This document shows, piece by piece, positions 22,501-32,990 of a stretch of 64,000 nucleotides of DNA. Positions within the stretch are counted from its first letter, which is position 1. Each line of letters begins with the position of its first letter. The position numbers and the translations under genes are program-made. Origin of the DNA: Lama guanicoe (Eukaryota); contig MU054925.1 in assembly GCA_013239625.1 (NCBI GenBank), positions 3,232,829 to 3,296,828 of the forward strand. The letters run 5' to 3'. Below the pieces are notes generated by a model. That model worked only from the letters and a program-made list of their open reading frames with translations. It had not been told where the DNA came from and did not search any database.

Positions 22501-25500
22501 TTTGCCATTTCAGATCAAGGCAGACATCTTCGAGCCCCAGGGCATCAGCACGTTGGATGCTGAAGCCTCATTCATCACTAATGACCTCCTGGGCAGCGCC
22601 CTCACCAAGTCCTTCTCAGGGAAAAAGGTGGCGTAGATGCCTCTTGGGCCACGGTTGGGGGGCAGGGGCAGAAACTCTGACCCTAGCAGGGCGAGTCTGA
22701 ACTTGGGGGTCTGGATGATGCAAGTGAGTGTGTGAGGGGGAGGGGAATAAGCCATAACCATCACCTTTCTCCCAGGTCACCTGGTCAGGAATGAGGATGC
22801 TGGAGGCAGGAGCTGCGTGCTGATGAGACGTGCTAGAGGAACTGGGGTCTCAGCTGCACCGGGAGGACAGGGAAACCATTTTCAAAGCCTGGTCCCATTC
22901 TACCTTGCGAAGTGGGCTGGGCAGGTTACTGTCCCTGTTTTATAGACAAGGAGACAGAGGCTAGAGGGTGTCATTTAGATCTGACTCCACATGAGGGATG
23001 AAAGAAGAAAGGGAACTTCATTCTCAGTGCTGGTGGTTGGCTCCAGTCCCTAAGGTCCCCAGCGATTCTAGGGGCCTTGCTGATCGTGGGCGGGGGAATG
23101 AATAAATGTTTATACAAACAGCGAACCCCAGTCATTCAGGACTCCCAGGGAAGGGCCCAAGAAGCACACACACTCAGAGGGCTGCTGGCTTCTGCAGGCA
23201 GTGCCCCTGCCCTGAGCCCTCTCCCTGCTCCCTGCTCTGCTCCCTTCCCTTCCTCTTGGCAACAACACATCCAATACCACCCAACATGGAGTTCCTTTTC
23301 ATGGTGCAAATCTCCCCTCCCTAAGTGGCTTCTCAGCGCTGAGCTCCAAGGTAGGCTGCGCGAAGGGACTTGTGGGGCCCAGTGAATGAGGAGAGTGAAA
23401 GGCTGCCTCATACAAGACCCCTGCCCTCCAAGCAGCTCCTGATCTCTGAGAGTGAAAGAGGAGCTCAGAAAGGCCAGAGAACCCCAGATGGGGGTTCTCT
23501 GGACAGTCCAGGCACCCACTTTCAGGCTCCTCCCCATGAGGGCTGTGCCTCACTCTCCAGGGCAGCACCAGGCTGAGGTCTGCAGAAGGCAGGCTGTGGT
23601 CGAGCTGAGCCAGGCTCTCCATCATCTTTCCTCAGGGCCATGTGTCCTTCAAGCCCAGCTTGGACCAACAGCGTTCATGCCCAACCTGTACGGACTCCCT
23701 CCTCAAAGGAGATTTCATTATCACCTATGATGTGAACAGAGAGTCTCCAGCCAATGTACAGGTAGGTACTCATAGGTACTCACCAAATAGCTCTGCCGGG
23801 CTGGTTGATTCCCCAGCATGGTGGGGTGAGGGCTGATGCCGGGTGGGGCTCCAGTGGCATCTTGTGCGACACCCTTGATCCACAGCCCAAGGACGAATTT
23901 CCCACTAGGTGTGGGGACGATAGGCAGTTCAGGGCCTTTGTGTGGCACCCCCTGGATGGGGGGAAAGGACATCTTTATTTGGGGCTGTAAATGTCCAGCT
24001 TCTATTTGCAGGAGTAGCCAGTGCGAGGTTGCTAAAGGGCCACTGACCTCCAGTCTCTCTCTCCCCTTTCCAGATAGTCAATGGCTACTTTGTGCATTTC
24101 TTCGCACCTCAAGGCCTTCCGGTGGTGCCCAAGAATGTGGTCTTTGTGATTGACATCAGTGGCTCCATGCACGGTCGGAAAATGGAGCAGGTACTCTTCT
24201 TGGTGCAGGGATTGGGGGTGATGGGTGGGAAGGAGAGAGAGATTTTTTTCAAGTGGATGAAGCAGGTATTTCCAGTGAAAGAGGAGGAAGGGGGACAGGA
24301 ATTTTTCAAAGGCACAAAGCATCTGCCCCTTTTGTTGCAGAAAAGATAGGCCCCACCGCCAGCCCAGGCTGGGAAGACATCTTCTTGTCTCCTTGCCTTT
24401 CTCTTTCCTAGACAAAGGATGCCCTCCTCAAAATTCTGGAGGATATGAAAGAGGATGACTACCTGAATTTCATCCTGTTCAGTGGAAGTGTGACCACTTG
24501 GAAAGATAGTTTAGTTCAAGCCACTCCTGACAACATCCAGGAGGCCAGGAAATTTGTGATGAATATTCACGATCAAGGATGTAAGAACAGAGGGAAGAGA
24601 GCCACCTGCTGCCATTTCTCTCTGCCTGAGCAGCCTGTTTCCTTCCTGCCTGGGGTCAGACACTCTGCTGGTCCAGGCTCTGCAAACCGTGGCTGGGGGT
24701 AGAGGTGGAAGTGGGGAGTCCTCAGGCTTGATATGCAGGCTTCTTCTCTGTGGTCTGGGGAAACCCATTGTTTCTGTTTCTAACCCATGATCCTGGTGCC
24801 TCAAGTCCCAGCAAGATAACATCACAGAGAACCCTTACCCTTGGCAGTTTCATATGAAAGATGACAAGTGATGTCTATACTGCTCCCCTCTCTTCCCATG
24901 AGAGGGGCTGGGAGTCCAGCTGACTGTCTTCTAAACTGCTTTTACAATCACCATGTGTGTCTATCCTTCCAGCAGCCCTGAGAGGCTGGTCCTTTTACCC
25001 ATTTGAAAGATTAAGTCATTCATTCATCACTCACTGAGCAATTCAGTTGATATTTACTGAGTACCAGCATGTAGGGTGGACAGGGTCCTTGGGCACAGGA
25101 ACAGGGCCTGCTGTCCCTATGTCCTCTACCCTGGCACCCTGAGGACACCCTCCCACAGTGCTGTCTGTCTGTGTGCCAGGGACCAACATCAACGATGGGC
25201 TGCTGAGGGGCATCAGCATGCTGAACAACGCCCGGGAGGAGCACATAGTCCCAGAGAGGAGCACCTCCATCGTCATCATGTTGACAGACGGGGATGCCAA
25301 CACAGGTGAGGCAGTGGGTATGGCTCTGAATCCCAGCTTGTAGCCAGTCTGCTGCAAGATCTTGGGCAGCTCTCCCCAGGGTCCCCCATGGTCTGTGAGC
25401 CCCTCAAGGGCAGGACCCTGCTTCCTGCCAGGGCTCCTCCCAATCCCCCCATCTCAACACAGGCTTGTGGCCATGACTCCACCAGCTCTATATGTGTGGG

Positions 25501-28500
25501 TGTCAGATCTCTCCAGACAGAGCTGGTCCAGACAGTCACCAGGGCTGTGACTGGAGAGCAAACACCTCCTCCTGCAGGTGAAAGCAGACCTGAAAAAATC
25601 CAAGAGAATGTGCGGAATGCTATTAGGGGCAAGTTCCCCTTGTATAACCTGGGCTTTGGGAACAATCTGAATTACAACTTCCTGGAGAGTATGGCCTTGG
25701 AGAACCATGGGCTTGCCCGGCGCATTTATGAGGATTCCGATGCCAACTTGCAGTTACAGGTATGCCTTGTCTTGCATACCTCTGGGAATGAAGAGCTCAT
25801 TACTTCCTCAGGAAGTGGTCCACTGAGTGAGAATTTCAGTTATTAGAAAGAACTTCCTTTTGGGTTGAAATCTACCTCTGGTTACCTCTTTCCCATCAGT
25901 ACTACTTAATTTTGTGCACCCACTTCCAGTGGGTACCCAGAACAGACCTACTTCCTCCATACAATTCCCAGATCAAATACAAGACATCCAGTTAAATATG
26001 AATTTCTCATCAACAGTCAATAGTTTTTCAGTAAGCACGCTCCAAANNNNNNNNNNNNNNNNNNNNNNNNNNNNNNNNNNNNNNNNNNNNNNNNNNNNNN
26101 NNNNNNNNNNNNNNNNNNNNNNNNNNNNNNNNNNNNNNNNNNNNNNNNNNNNNNNNNNNNNNNNNNNNNNNNNNNNNNNNNNNNNNNNNNNNNNNNNNNN
26201 NNNNNNNNNNNNNNNNNNNNNNNNNNNNNNNNNNCTGTAGACACCCATTTTCTCCTTGTCTCTTCACATCATCTTCCCTGTGTGTGTGTCTGTCTCTGGG
26301 TCCAAACATTCCCTTTTCATAAGGACATCAGTCATGTTGGATTGGGGTCCATCCCAAAGACCTCATTTTAACTCATTTACCTCTGTAAAGACCCTATCCC
26401 CAAATAAGGTCATGCCCTGAGGTACTGGAGGTAAGGATTTTAATCTATGTATTTTGGGGGTGCACAATTCACCCCATAATAGACGTACTTATACTCAAAA
26501 GTAACTTGTCATTTACCTGACATTCAAATTTAACACATGTCCTGTATTTTCATTTGCTAAGTCTGGCAACCCCATGTCTCCCTGGTGCAGATGACCACTC
26601 TTCGCCTCTGCAGTGGACCCCCGGCCTCCCTCCCGTCGGTCTCTGGGTCTCACACTCTAGCTCTACATCGCCTCTAGTCGGCCTCTCCGCTCATCCTTCT
26701 TTCCTTCTATTTTCATTCCAACAAACATTTCTTGAGTCCTTTCTATGTGCCAAGAACTGTCCTTTCCTCTTTTATTCTTCCCAGTCTCTACCTGAGGTGG
26801 GGGGCAGGAAGGGCTCCCCCAAACTGAAGGGCACAGTCTGGGCCACATGAAAGTGGAGACCAGAAGCCAGGACCGGCCCAGCCTGGGGGACTCAACAACT
26901 CACGGAGGCACCAGTGGGAGCCTGCCCAGCCCCTCCACTCCATGCCAGCCCTGGTGGCCTGATATTACTACATCCCCTATCTGGACTCCAGGGCTTCTAT
27001 GAGGAGGTGGCCAACCCGCTACTGACGGATGTGGAGGTAGAATACCCCGAGAATGCCATCCAGGACGTCACCCAGAATACTTACCAGCACTTCTACGACG
27101 GCTCTGAGATTGTGGTGGCTGGGCGCCTGGCAGATAAGGACATAAACAACTTTAAGGCAGATGTGAAGGGCTACGGGGTAAGCTGGTCTGGGGCCTGATT
27201 GTGTGCTGAGGGTGGGAGATCCACACCAATGGGGCTCCGGCCTCCTGGGTGATGGTCCAGCAGTAGCAGCCCTGGAACCAGGACCAGCTGGCTCCAAACT
27301 TCCAGCCTCCCTCCTCCTCCTTCCTCCGCCCCAGGCCATCAATGACCTGACCTTCACTGAGGAGGTGGACATGAAGGAGATGGAGAAGGCCCTGCAGGAG
27401 AGGGACTACATTTTCGGAGACTACATTGAGCGGCTCTGGGCCTACCTCACCATCAAGCAGCTGCTGGAGAAACGGTGACCCTGGCCCACCCCTCACATAG
27501 CCTACCTGTGCCTACCTGTTTTGCCTATGCTCTGGGGGAGCCCAAGAGGAGGAAACTGGGTCACGCCCTGGGAAGTGCACCTCCACACCCACTGCCAGCT
27601 GCCCTGCCCTCTTCGTGGCCTGGCCCCATGGCCTATTTTTCTAGAAGCAGAGCCTAGCTTGTCATCTGGGGCTCAAGGGGCAGGCTGGGAGCACCTCAAA
27701 GGCAGGGGTGGGCCTCAGCATCCTGTTTCCTGCACCCAGCACGGGCACACAGAGATGGTGAGGCTGAACAGAACTGAAGGCTGGGAACTCAGCCCTCAGC
27801 CCCAGAGGGCAGAGCTTGCAACCATGCAAGAGGGCTGTGCAGCCTTCTGTCCGTGGGATTAGCCTGGAAAGCCCCTGGCACAGGGTTGGGAACAGCTGAG
27901 CGCTGTTCGCATATGAACACCGTCATGGCTGATTGTTCTAGTGGCCATTTCAAGCCCCTGATATTTTACAGCTGGGGAAATTGAGGCCCAGGGAGGAAAC
28001 AGGGTCTGTCCATCTGTCCCAGGGAGATGGTGAACCAGTTTTTTCTGAATGCTTGTGGCCTCCATCCTGGGGGCCCCCACATTGGGAGAGGTGGAGGGGT
28101 CCTGGGCTGCCTCTGTGGCTCCTGGTCTGTGGCTCCAAGCCACAGTACAGGAAGGCAAGTGGGAGCTGCTCTCCAGGCTGACCCTCCCACTCCACCCCTT
28201 CCCACAGCAAGAATGCCCATGGCAAGGAAAAGGAGAACCTCACAGCCCAGGCCCTGGCCCTGTCCCTCAAGTACCACTTTGTGACTCCACTGACCTCCAT
28301 GGTGGTGACCAAGCCTGAGGACAATGAGAACCAGATGGACATTGCCAACAAGCCCGGGGAAGGTGGGCATGGAGAGCAGGGGCCAGAACTCAGAGGCCTT
28401 CTTCCAGGACTCAGGCCTCAAGCGCCTTGAGAATAGGGCCAGGCTGAGAAGACCAGACTGGCTGAGAGGGACAGGTCGAGGGGGCATCAAAAGAAAACTG

Positions 28501-31500
28501 GCCAAAGGCTGGGTAGGGCACTGTGGAGGGAGTGAAGCTGCTAGCATGGACAGTGGGGTATGGGAGTGAATAGGAACCTCTGAGTCTCTAAAGGGGCACA
28601 CTGCCCAGGGTCATTTCCAGGAAGAGGACTTAGGTTGCAGCATGGAAGGGTTTAGTTAGACATGAAGAAACACTTCCAGCCTGAAAGTTAGGCCTGGAGC
28701 AGGCACCTAGGGATTGTGAGAGGAAAAGACCCTGAGAGCTGGAGGCTGGGACCAGGCCCTTTCAATCAGATCCTAAGAGAGGAGTCCTGAGTGTCCTTGC
28801 AATGGGCGTCGGGGGTGGGGTGCAGCACTGGGAGGTATAGGGGTAAAGAGCTGGTCTTGGCCAGGCCTCTGCCTCCAGGAGCTCCTGGTTCTTGTGGGGG
28901 CCAGGTGGTCAGTCAGTCACACTCACCTTGACACCAGGAGTCTGTGGCTTCTAATGCATTTCTCTTCTTCCTTCCTCGTAGGGCCTATGGATGCAGGAGG
29001 TGAGCTTCAGTCATCAGTTGGGTCGGCGTCCCAGGAGGGAGACACGAGAGGACTAAGGAGGCCTTTCCAAGCACACCTGGGGATGTGCCACCCGGGGAGG
29101 GCTCTCAGGACACCTGGGCTCAGGCCCCAGCTCTGCTGCCAAACTCTGGCTGGGCTCTGTTGCGCTCTGAGTCTCAGGGTTCTCGTCAGTTGACTGAGGG
29201 TGGCTTCCCCTGCCCAAGGAGGGACAATCAATATGAGAGTATTCCATGACCTGCAAAAATTAGCAACTCAATTAATTAGCACTTGATTAATCCCACAGCA
29301 ACCCTTAGAGGGTATCCTCTTACAGTTCCCATTTTACAGTGAGGAAACTGAGGCAGCAAGGTTAAGTCTGTTTGCTCAAGGACTTGTCAGCTGGTGGCCA
29401 AGCCGGGACCTTGGCCCAGGCAGCCTGGTTCCAGGGCTTGGGCTGGAATTCACAGCACTCCGGGTTTCTCTTATCGTAAAATTAGAACCTCACGCCCCAC
29501 AAGCCTACCACCACCATGCAAGGCTTCCCAACCCTTTCCTACCATACCCACCTCAATCCATACAGGCTGCTCTATCCAAGCAGCACGTTTGGACTGGGTT
29601 ATGGCTTTCCCCTCAGAACAGCCCTGCGACATGTAGTCGCCGGTGCGCATGTGCGTGCGTGAGTGTGCGTGTGGGCGGGCGTTTTACTACCAAGGACTAC
29701 AGACAGCTGTGAGGCTCCTCCCACCCAGCCAAGGGGCGGGAGTTCAGGAGTGGGGGGCGGCGTCTGCTGTGAGCATTGCTCAGGACAGAGAAGCTGATGA
29801 CCTAATGGCTTGCGTTTAAGCACATCAAAATGCTGAGACCCTGGCATGAACATTACAACTATGTTACTACCAGCCCTAGAAAGGAGTTCCCTGGGCATGT
29901 CCCATTGCTAAAGCCTAAACTTAGGGGTCACATCCCTGCCTTGTATCAGCATTGGGGTCCCACTGGGGACACATAGCCCTAAGTCAGGCAGGAGGCATGG
30001 GATTGTAAGGGGGAAGGACCCCCTAGATTCTGCTCACAACTGCCCTTTGGCTTCTTTTTCAGTGATCCCCTCCATGGCTTACCAGAGTGAGTATCAGCTG
30101 GCTGCCCACCATTCCCTCTGGAGTCTTTCCTGAATCAGCTCACTGGGTCAGGCAGATGATTGGGGTACTGAGGAAATGGGGGGTGGGGTGGGTTAAGAGC
30201 ATTAAGGAGAGGGAGGGGGAGAGGCATGAACCAAATTCTGGCTGGGGAACTTAGTGCCTCCCCAGGTCTGCTTATGGGCTCAGCCCTCTTTCCCTTTGTG
30301 TCCACAGCCAGCTACCAGCCTCCTCAGACACCCTACTATTATGGTGAGTTCTCTGGCTCCTCCTGGGGGGAGGCTCAGGATGCAGGGCTCAGGGCCTCCT
30401 GCCTGTCTAGGAGGCCATCCCACAGGGGCCAGGAGGCAAGGGGAGGCCCCTGGAACAGTGAGAGACCCCGAGAACCAGCCCCTTCTCTATGTGCCCTCAG
30501 TGGATGGGGATCCCCACTTCATCATCCAAGTTCCAGAGAAGGACGATGCCATCTGCTTCAACATTGATGAAGGCCCAGGCACAGTGCTGCGCCTCATTCA
30601 GGACCCTGTCATAGGTAGGGCTGCAGGATGGGGCCAGGGGCTCTTCCTGGGAAGGCCTGGAGCCCCCCACGGTAGGCACATGGACCAGCTCATCACGAGG
30701 CCCATAATGTACCCATCTTTATGTGCAGATTACATCCTGCAGGGGGCTGTCCAGGGCTACAGGCTCACCAAGTCCCCAGGGGCCAGCAGTGTTGGGGAGA
30801 TGGTTAGAGTCAAGAGTGGCCTGAGCCTGCAGGCAAGACCCAGCCTGTGTCTGGGGAATAGTTTTTCTCTGAGCAACACTCCCTGGCTCAGGCAAGAGGC
30901 AGATCCACAATGTGAGCCCTCAGCTTCCAGCATGACCCCAAAGTGTCTAGGAACAGACAGGGTTGGCTCTGAAGTCCTGGTCTCTCCCTGGGGGCCCCAT
31001 TGTGCTATCCCTTAGTAGGTCTGGCTGAAAGGGAAGGTGCGTCCCTAAATACCAGGCTGGATTCTGAAGGTATTGCTGGTCTCTTGCTGCCCTGTCCCTC
31101 TGGCAGGCATCACAGTAAATGGGCAGATTATTGGTGAGAAGAGAGACAGCCTGGACTCCCAGACCAGAAAGACTTACTTTGGCAAACTGGGCATTGCCAG
31201 CACTCAGATGGACTTCCGCATTGAGGTGACACCGGCAAAGATCACGCTGTGGAACGGGGTGGCACAGAGCACGTTCAGCTGGCTGGACACAGTCGAAGTC
31301 ACACAGGATGGGTAAAGCCCTGCCGCGGGGTCTCTGGGGGGCACGACAGTGCAAGGGTCTAAGGAGCAATTTGAACAAACCCCAGGACAGGAGTCACAGG
31401 GGTCACAGGAAAGATCAGTGGCCTCAGAAGTCAGCCCTAACCAATCCGTGGGGCCCCCATCAGAGGCAGAATTGGGAGCTGGACAGTTCATAGGACTGAC

Positions 31501-32893
31501 CTTGAGGGAAGGGCTGTGTGGATGAAAGCATTAAATGGACCTGGCAATCTAATAATGAGAAGTCCCACACACAGTGTCTCTGGATAATCTTGCTGGTTCT
31601 CAAACTCCTCAGCCTCTCCTGTGTCTTCAGATCACCCCAACCAGGTAGGCAGTGTAGGAGTGTTAGTTCCGCTGAGGCTAAGGGAGGGGCAGAACCTGCT
31701 CAGTGTCACACAGGAAGCCAGTGGCTGAGCTGGGGCTCGAGCCAAGATCTCCAGACCCCCAGGACAGCCCACCCTCCTGCTTATGGAGAGAGGAGCAGGG
31801 ACTCACTCAGTGGAGGGCAGAGTCAACACACATGAGGCATCTTTTCTTCAAAACCCTTGACATAGTTTCTGGAGTCTGAGTGCTCCCAGGCGTCATGTCC
31901 TGGTGTCATGTCTCCTGCCGAGATGCCCTTGATTCAGATGCCTGGAGTCATGGCCACTGGGCCCCACTGCTGACCTCCTCTTCTCTTCTAGGCTGTCTGT
32001 GACGATCAACAGGAAGAAGAACATAGTGGTCTCCTTTGGAGATGGGGTTACCTTTGTGGTCGTCCTGCACCAGGTGTGGAAGAAGGAGCCCGTCCACCAA
32101 GACTTCCTGGGCTTCTATGTGGTGGACAGTCGCCGGATGTCAGCACAGACACATGGGCTGCTGGGTACGAAATGTTCAAGCTTCAGTTGTTCAGGCCACA
32201 TGGTGGAGGGGAAGAGCCACGTGAAGAACCATCTGAGTCAACCCCATTCAGCCTTTGCATCAATCTTGGAAGGCCAGTGGCCACATCGCCTATGGCGATG
32301 GCAAGGCTGACAGGGTGAATGTTTTTATTTCCAGGACAATTCTTCCACCCCTTTGACTTTGAAGTGTCTGACATCCACCCAGGCTCTGACCCCACAAAGC
32401 CAGAAGCCACAATGGTGGTGAAGAACCATCGGCTGACCGTCACCAGGTGAGGGGACTCCGCTGACATCCTCACCCTGCCTGGTAACAATATAGGAGGAAG
32501 GAGCCCTCTCCAACCACTCTTATCAGCCCAGCTGGCTCCTGTCCTCTGTGGGGTACCTCTGTTTCCCTCTGGGGTCTTGGCCCCTTCTAATTAGGGAGAA
32601 GCTGTATTTGGAACCCTAGGAGGAGTAACCACATGACCTCATTCTTGACCAGAGTCTGGACTCCTAGAACCGGCAACTTCACGCCCGTTTCCACCTTAGG
32701 TCCGTGAGTGCAGCAGCTGTCTTGCCCATCCTGTGTATCACAGCATCTCTCTCCTTTCTCCAGGGGCTCCCAGAAAGACTACAGGAAGGACATCAGTGTT
32801 GGCACAAAGGTTGCCTGCTGGTTCGTCCACAACAATGGGCAAGGGCTGATCGACGGTGTCCACAGCGACTACATTGTCCCTGACCTGTTCTGA
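19501..32893 (+). CDS. ITIH3: Inter-alpha-trypsin inhibitor heavy chain H3 (891 aa, 22 exons)
   Basis: Exons: 19501-19593, 20228-20248, 21174-21340, 21424-21528, 21795-21957, 22514-22627, 23636-23761, 24074-24190, 24412-24580, 25180-25305, 25578-25759, 26992-27177, 27335-27474, 28208-28362, 28982-28999, 30063-30086, 30308-30343, 30501-30614, 31107-31311, 31992-32164, 32335-32446, 32764-32893. All GT-AG; 2676 nt in frame. Signal peptide [21 protein letters not shown], propeptide end [31 protein letters not shown] (DPHFII 30509-30526), C-terminus DYIVPDLF. Confidence 0.97.
26047..26234. other. Assembly gap (188 N)
   Basis: Run of N in ITIH3 intron 11. Confidence 1.
26235..26481 (-). mobile_element. 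MLT1 (MaLR) LTR fragment
   Basis: TAAGGACATCAGTCATGTTGGATTGGGGTCCATCCC...ACCTCATTTTAACTC...CTCTGTAAAGACCCTATCCCCAAATAAGGTCATGCCCTGAGGTACTGGAGGTAAGGA...CACAATTCACCCCATAATA is the characteristic antisense MLT1B/C end. Confidence 0.8.
29283..29433 (-). mobile_element. MIR SINE
   Basis: CCCATTTTACAGTGAGGAAACTGAGGCAGCAAGGTTAAGT...GCTCAAGG is the antisense MIR core. Confidence 0.7.
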
Positions 32894-32984
32894 GTGGACA
32901 TGCCAGCACCTGCGAGATGGCTGGCCCAGCCTGGCTGGCCTCTGGAACAGGGGCACAGAGTGGGGCCTGAGGGAGTGCTGAGAC

Positions 32985-32990
32985 AATAAA
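32985..32990 (+). terminator. ITIH3 polyadenylation signal (AATAAA)
   Basis: AATAAA about 90 nt after the ITIH3 stop codon. Confidence 0.75.

Larger units (their letters stand above)
25966..26571. mobile_element. MER53-like palindromic MITE, interrupted by an MLT1 LTR and a gap
   Basis: Left arm CCAGATCAAATACAAGACATCCAGTTAAATATGAATTTC (about 25966-26046) is complementary to right arm ATTCAAATTTAACACATGTCCTGTATTTTCATTTGCTAAGTCTGGCAACCC (about 26482-26571). Matches the recalled MER53 consensus. Confidence 0.7.

Noticed and set aside
25914-26309. ORFs with long X runs (also 42366-42737)
   Set aside because: Artefacts of translating N gaps.
30254-31015. 253-aa ORF containing DPHFII (similarly 5233-5886, 21096-21743 and 51749-52411)
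   Set aside because: These are single real exons read through into flanking intron or UTR, not independent genes.
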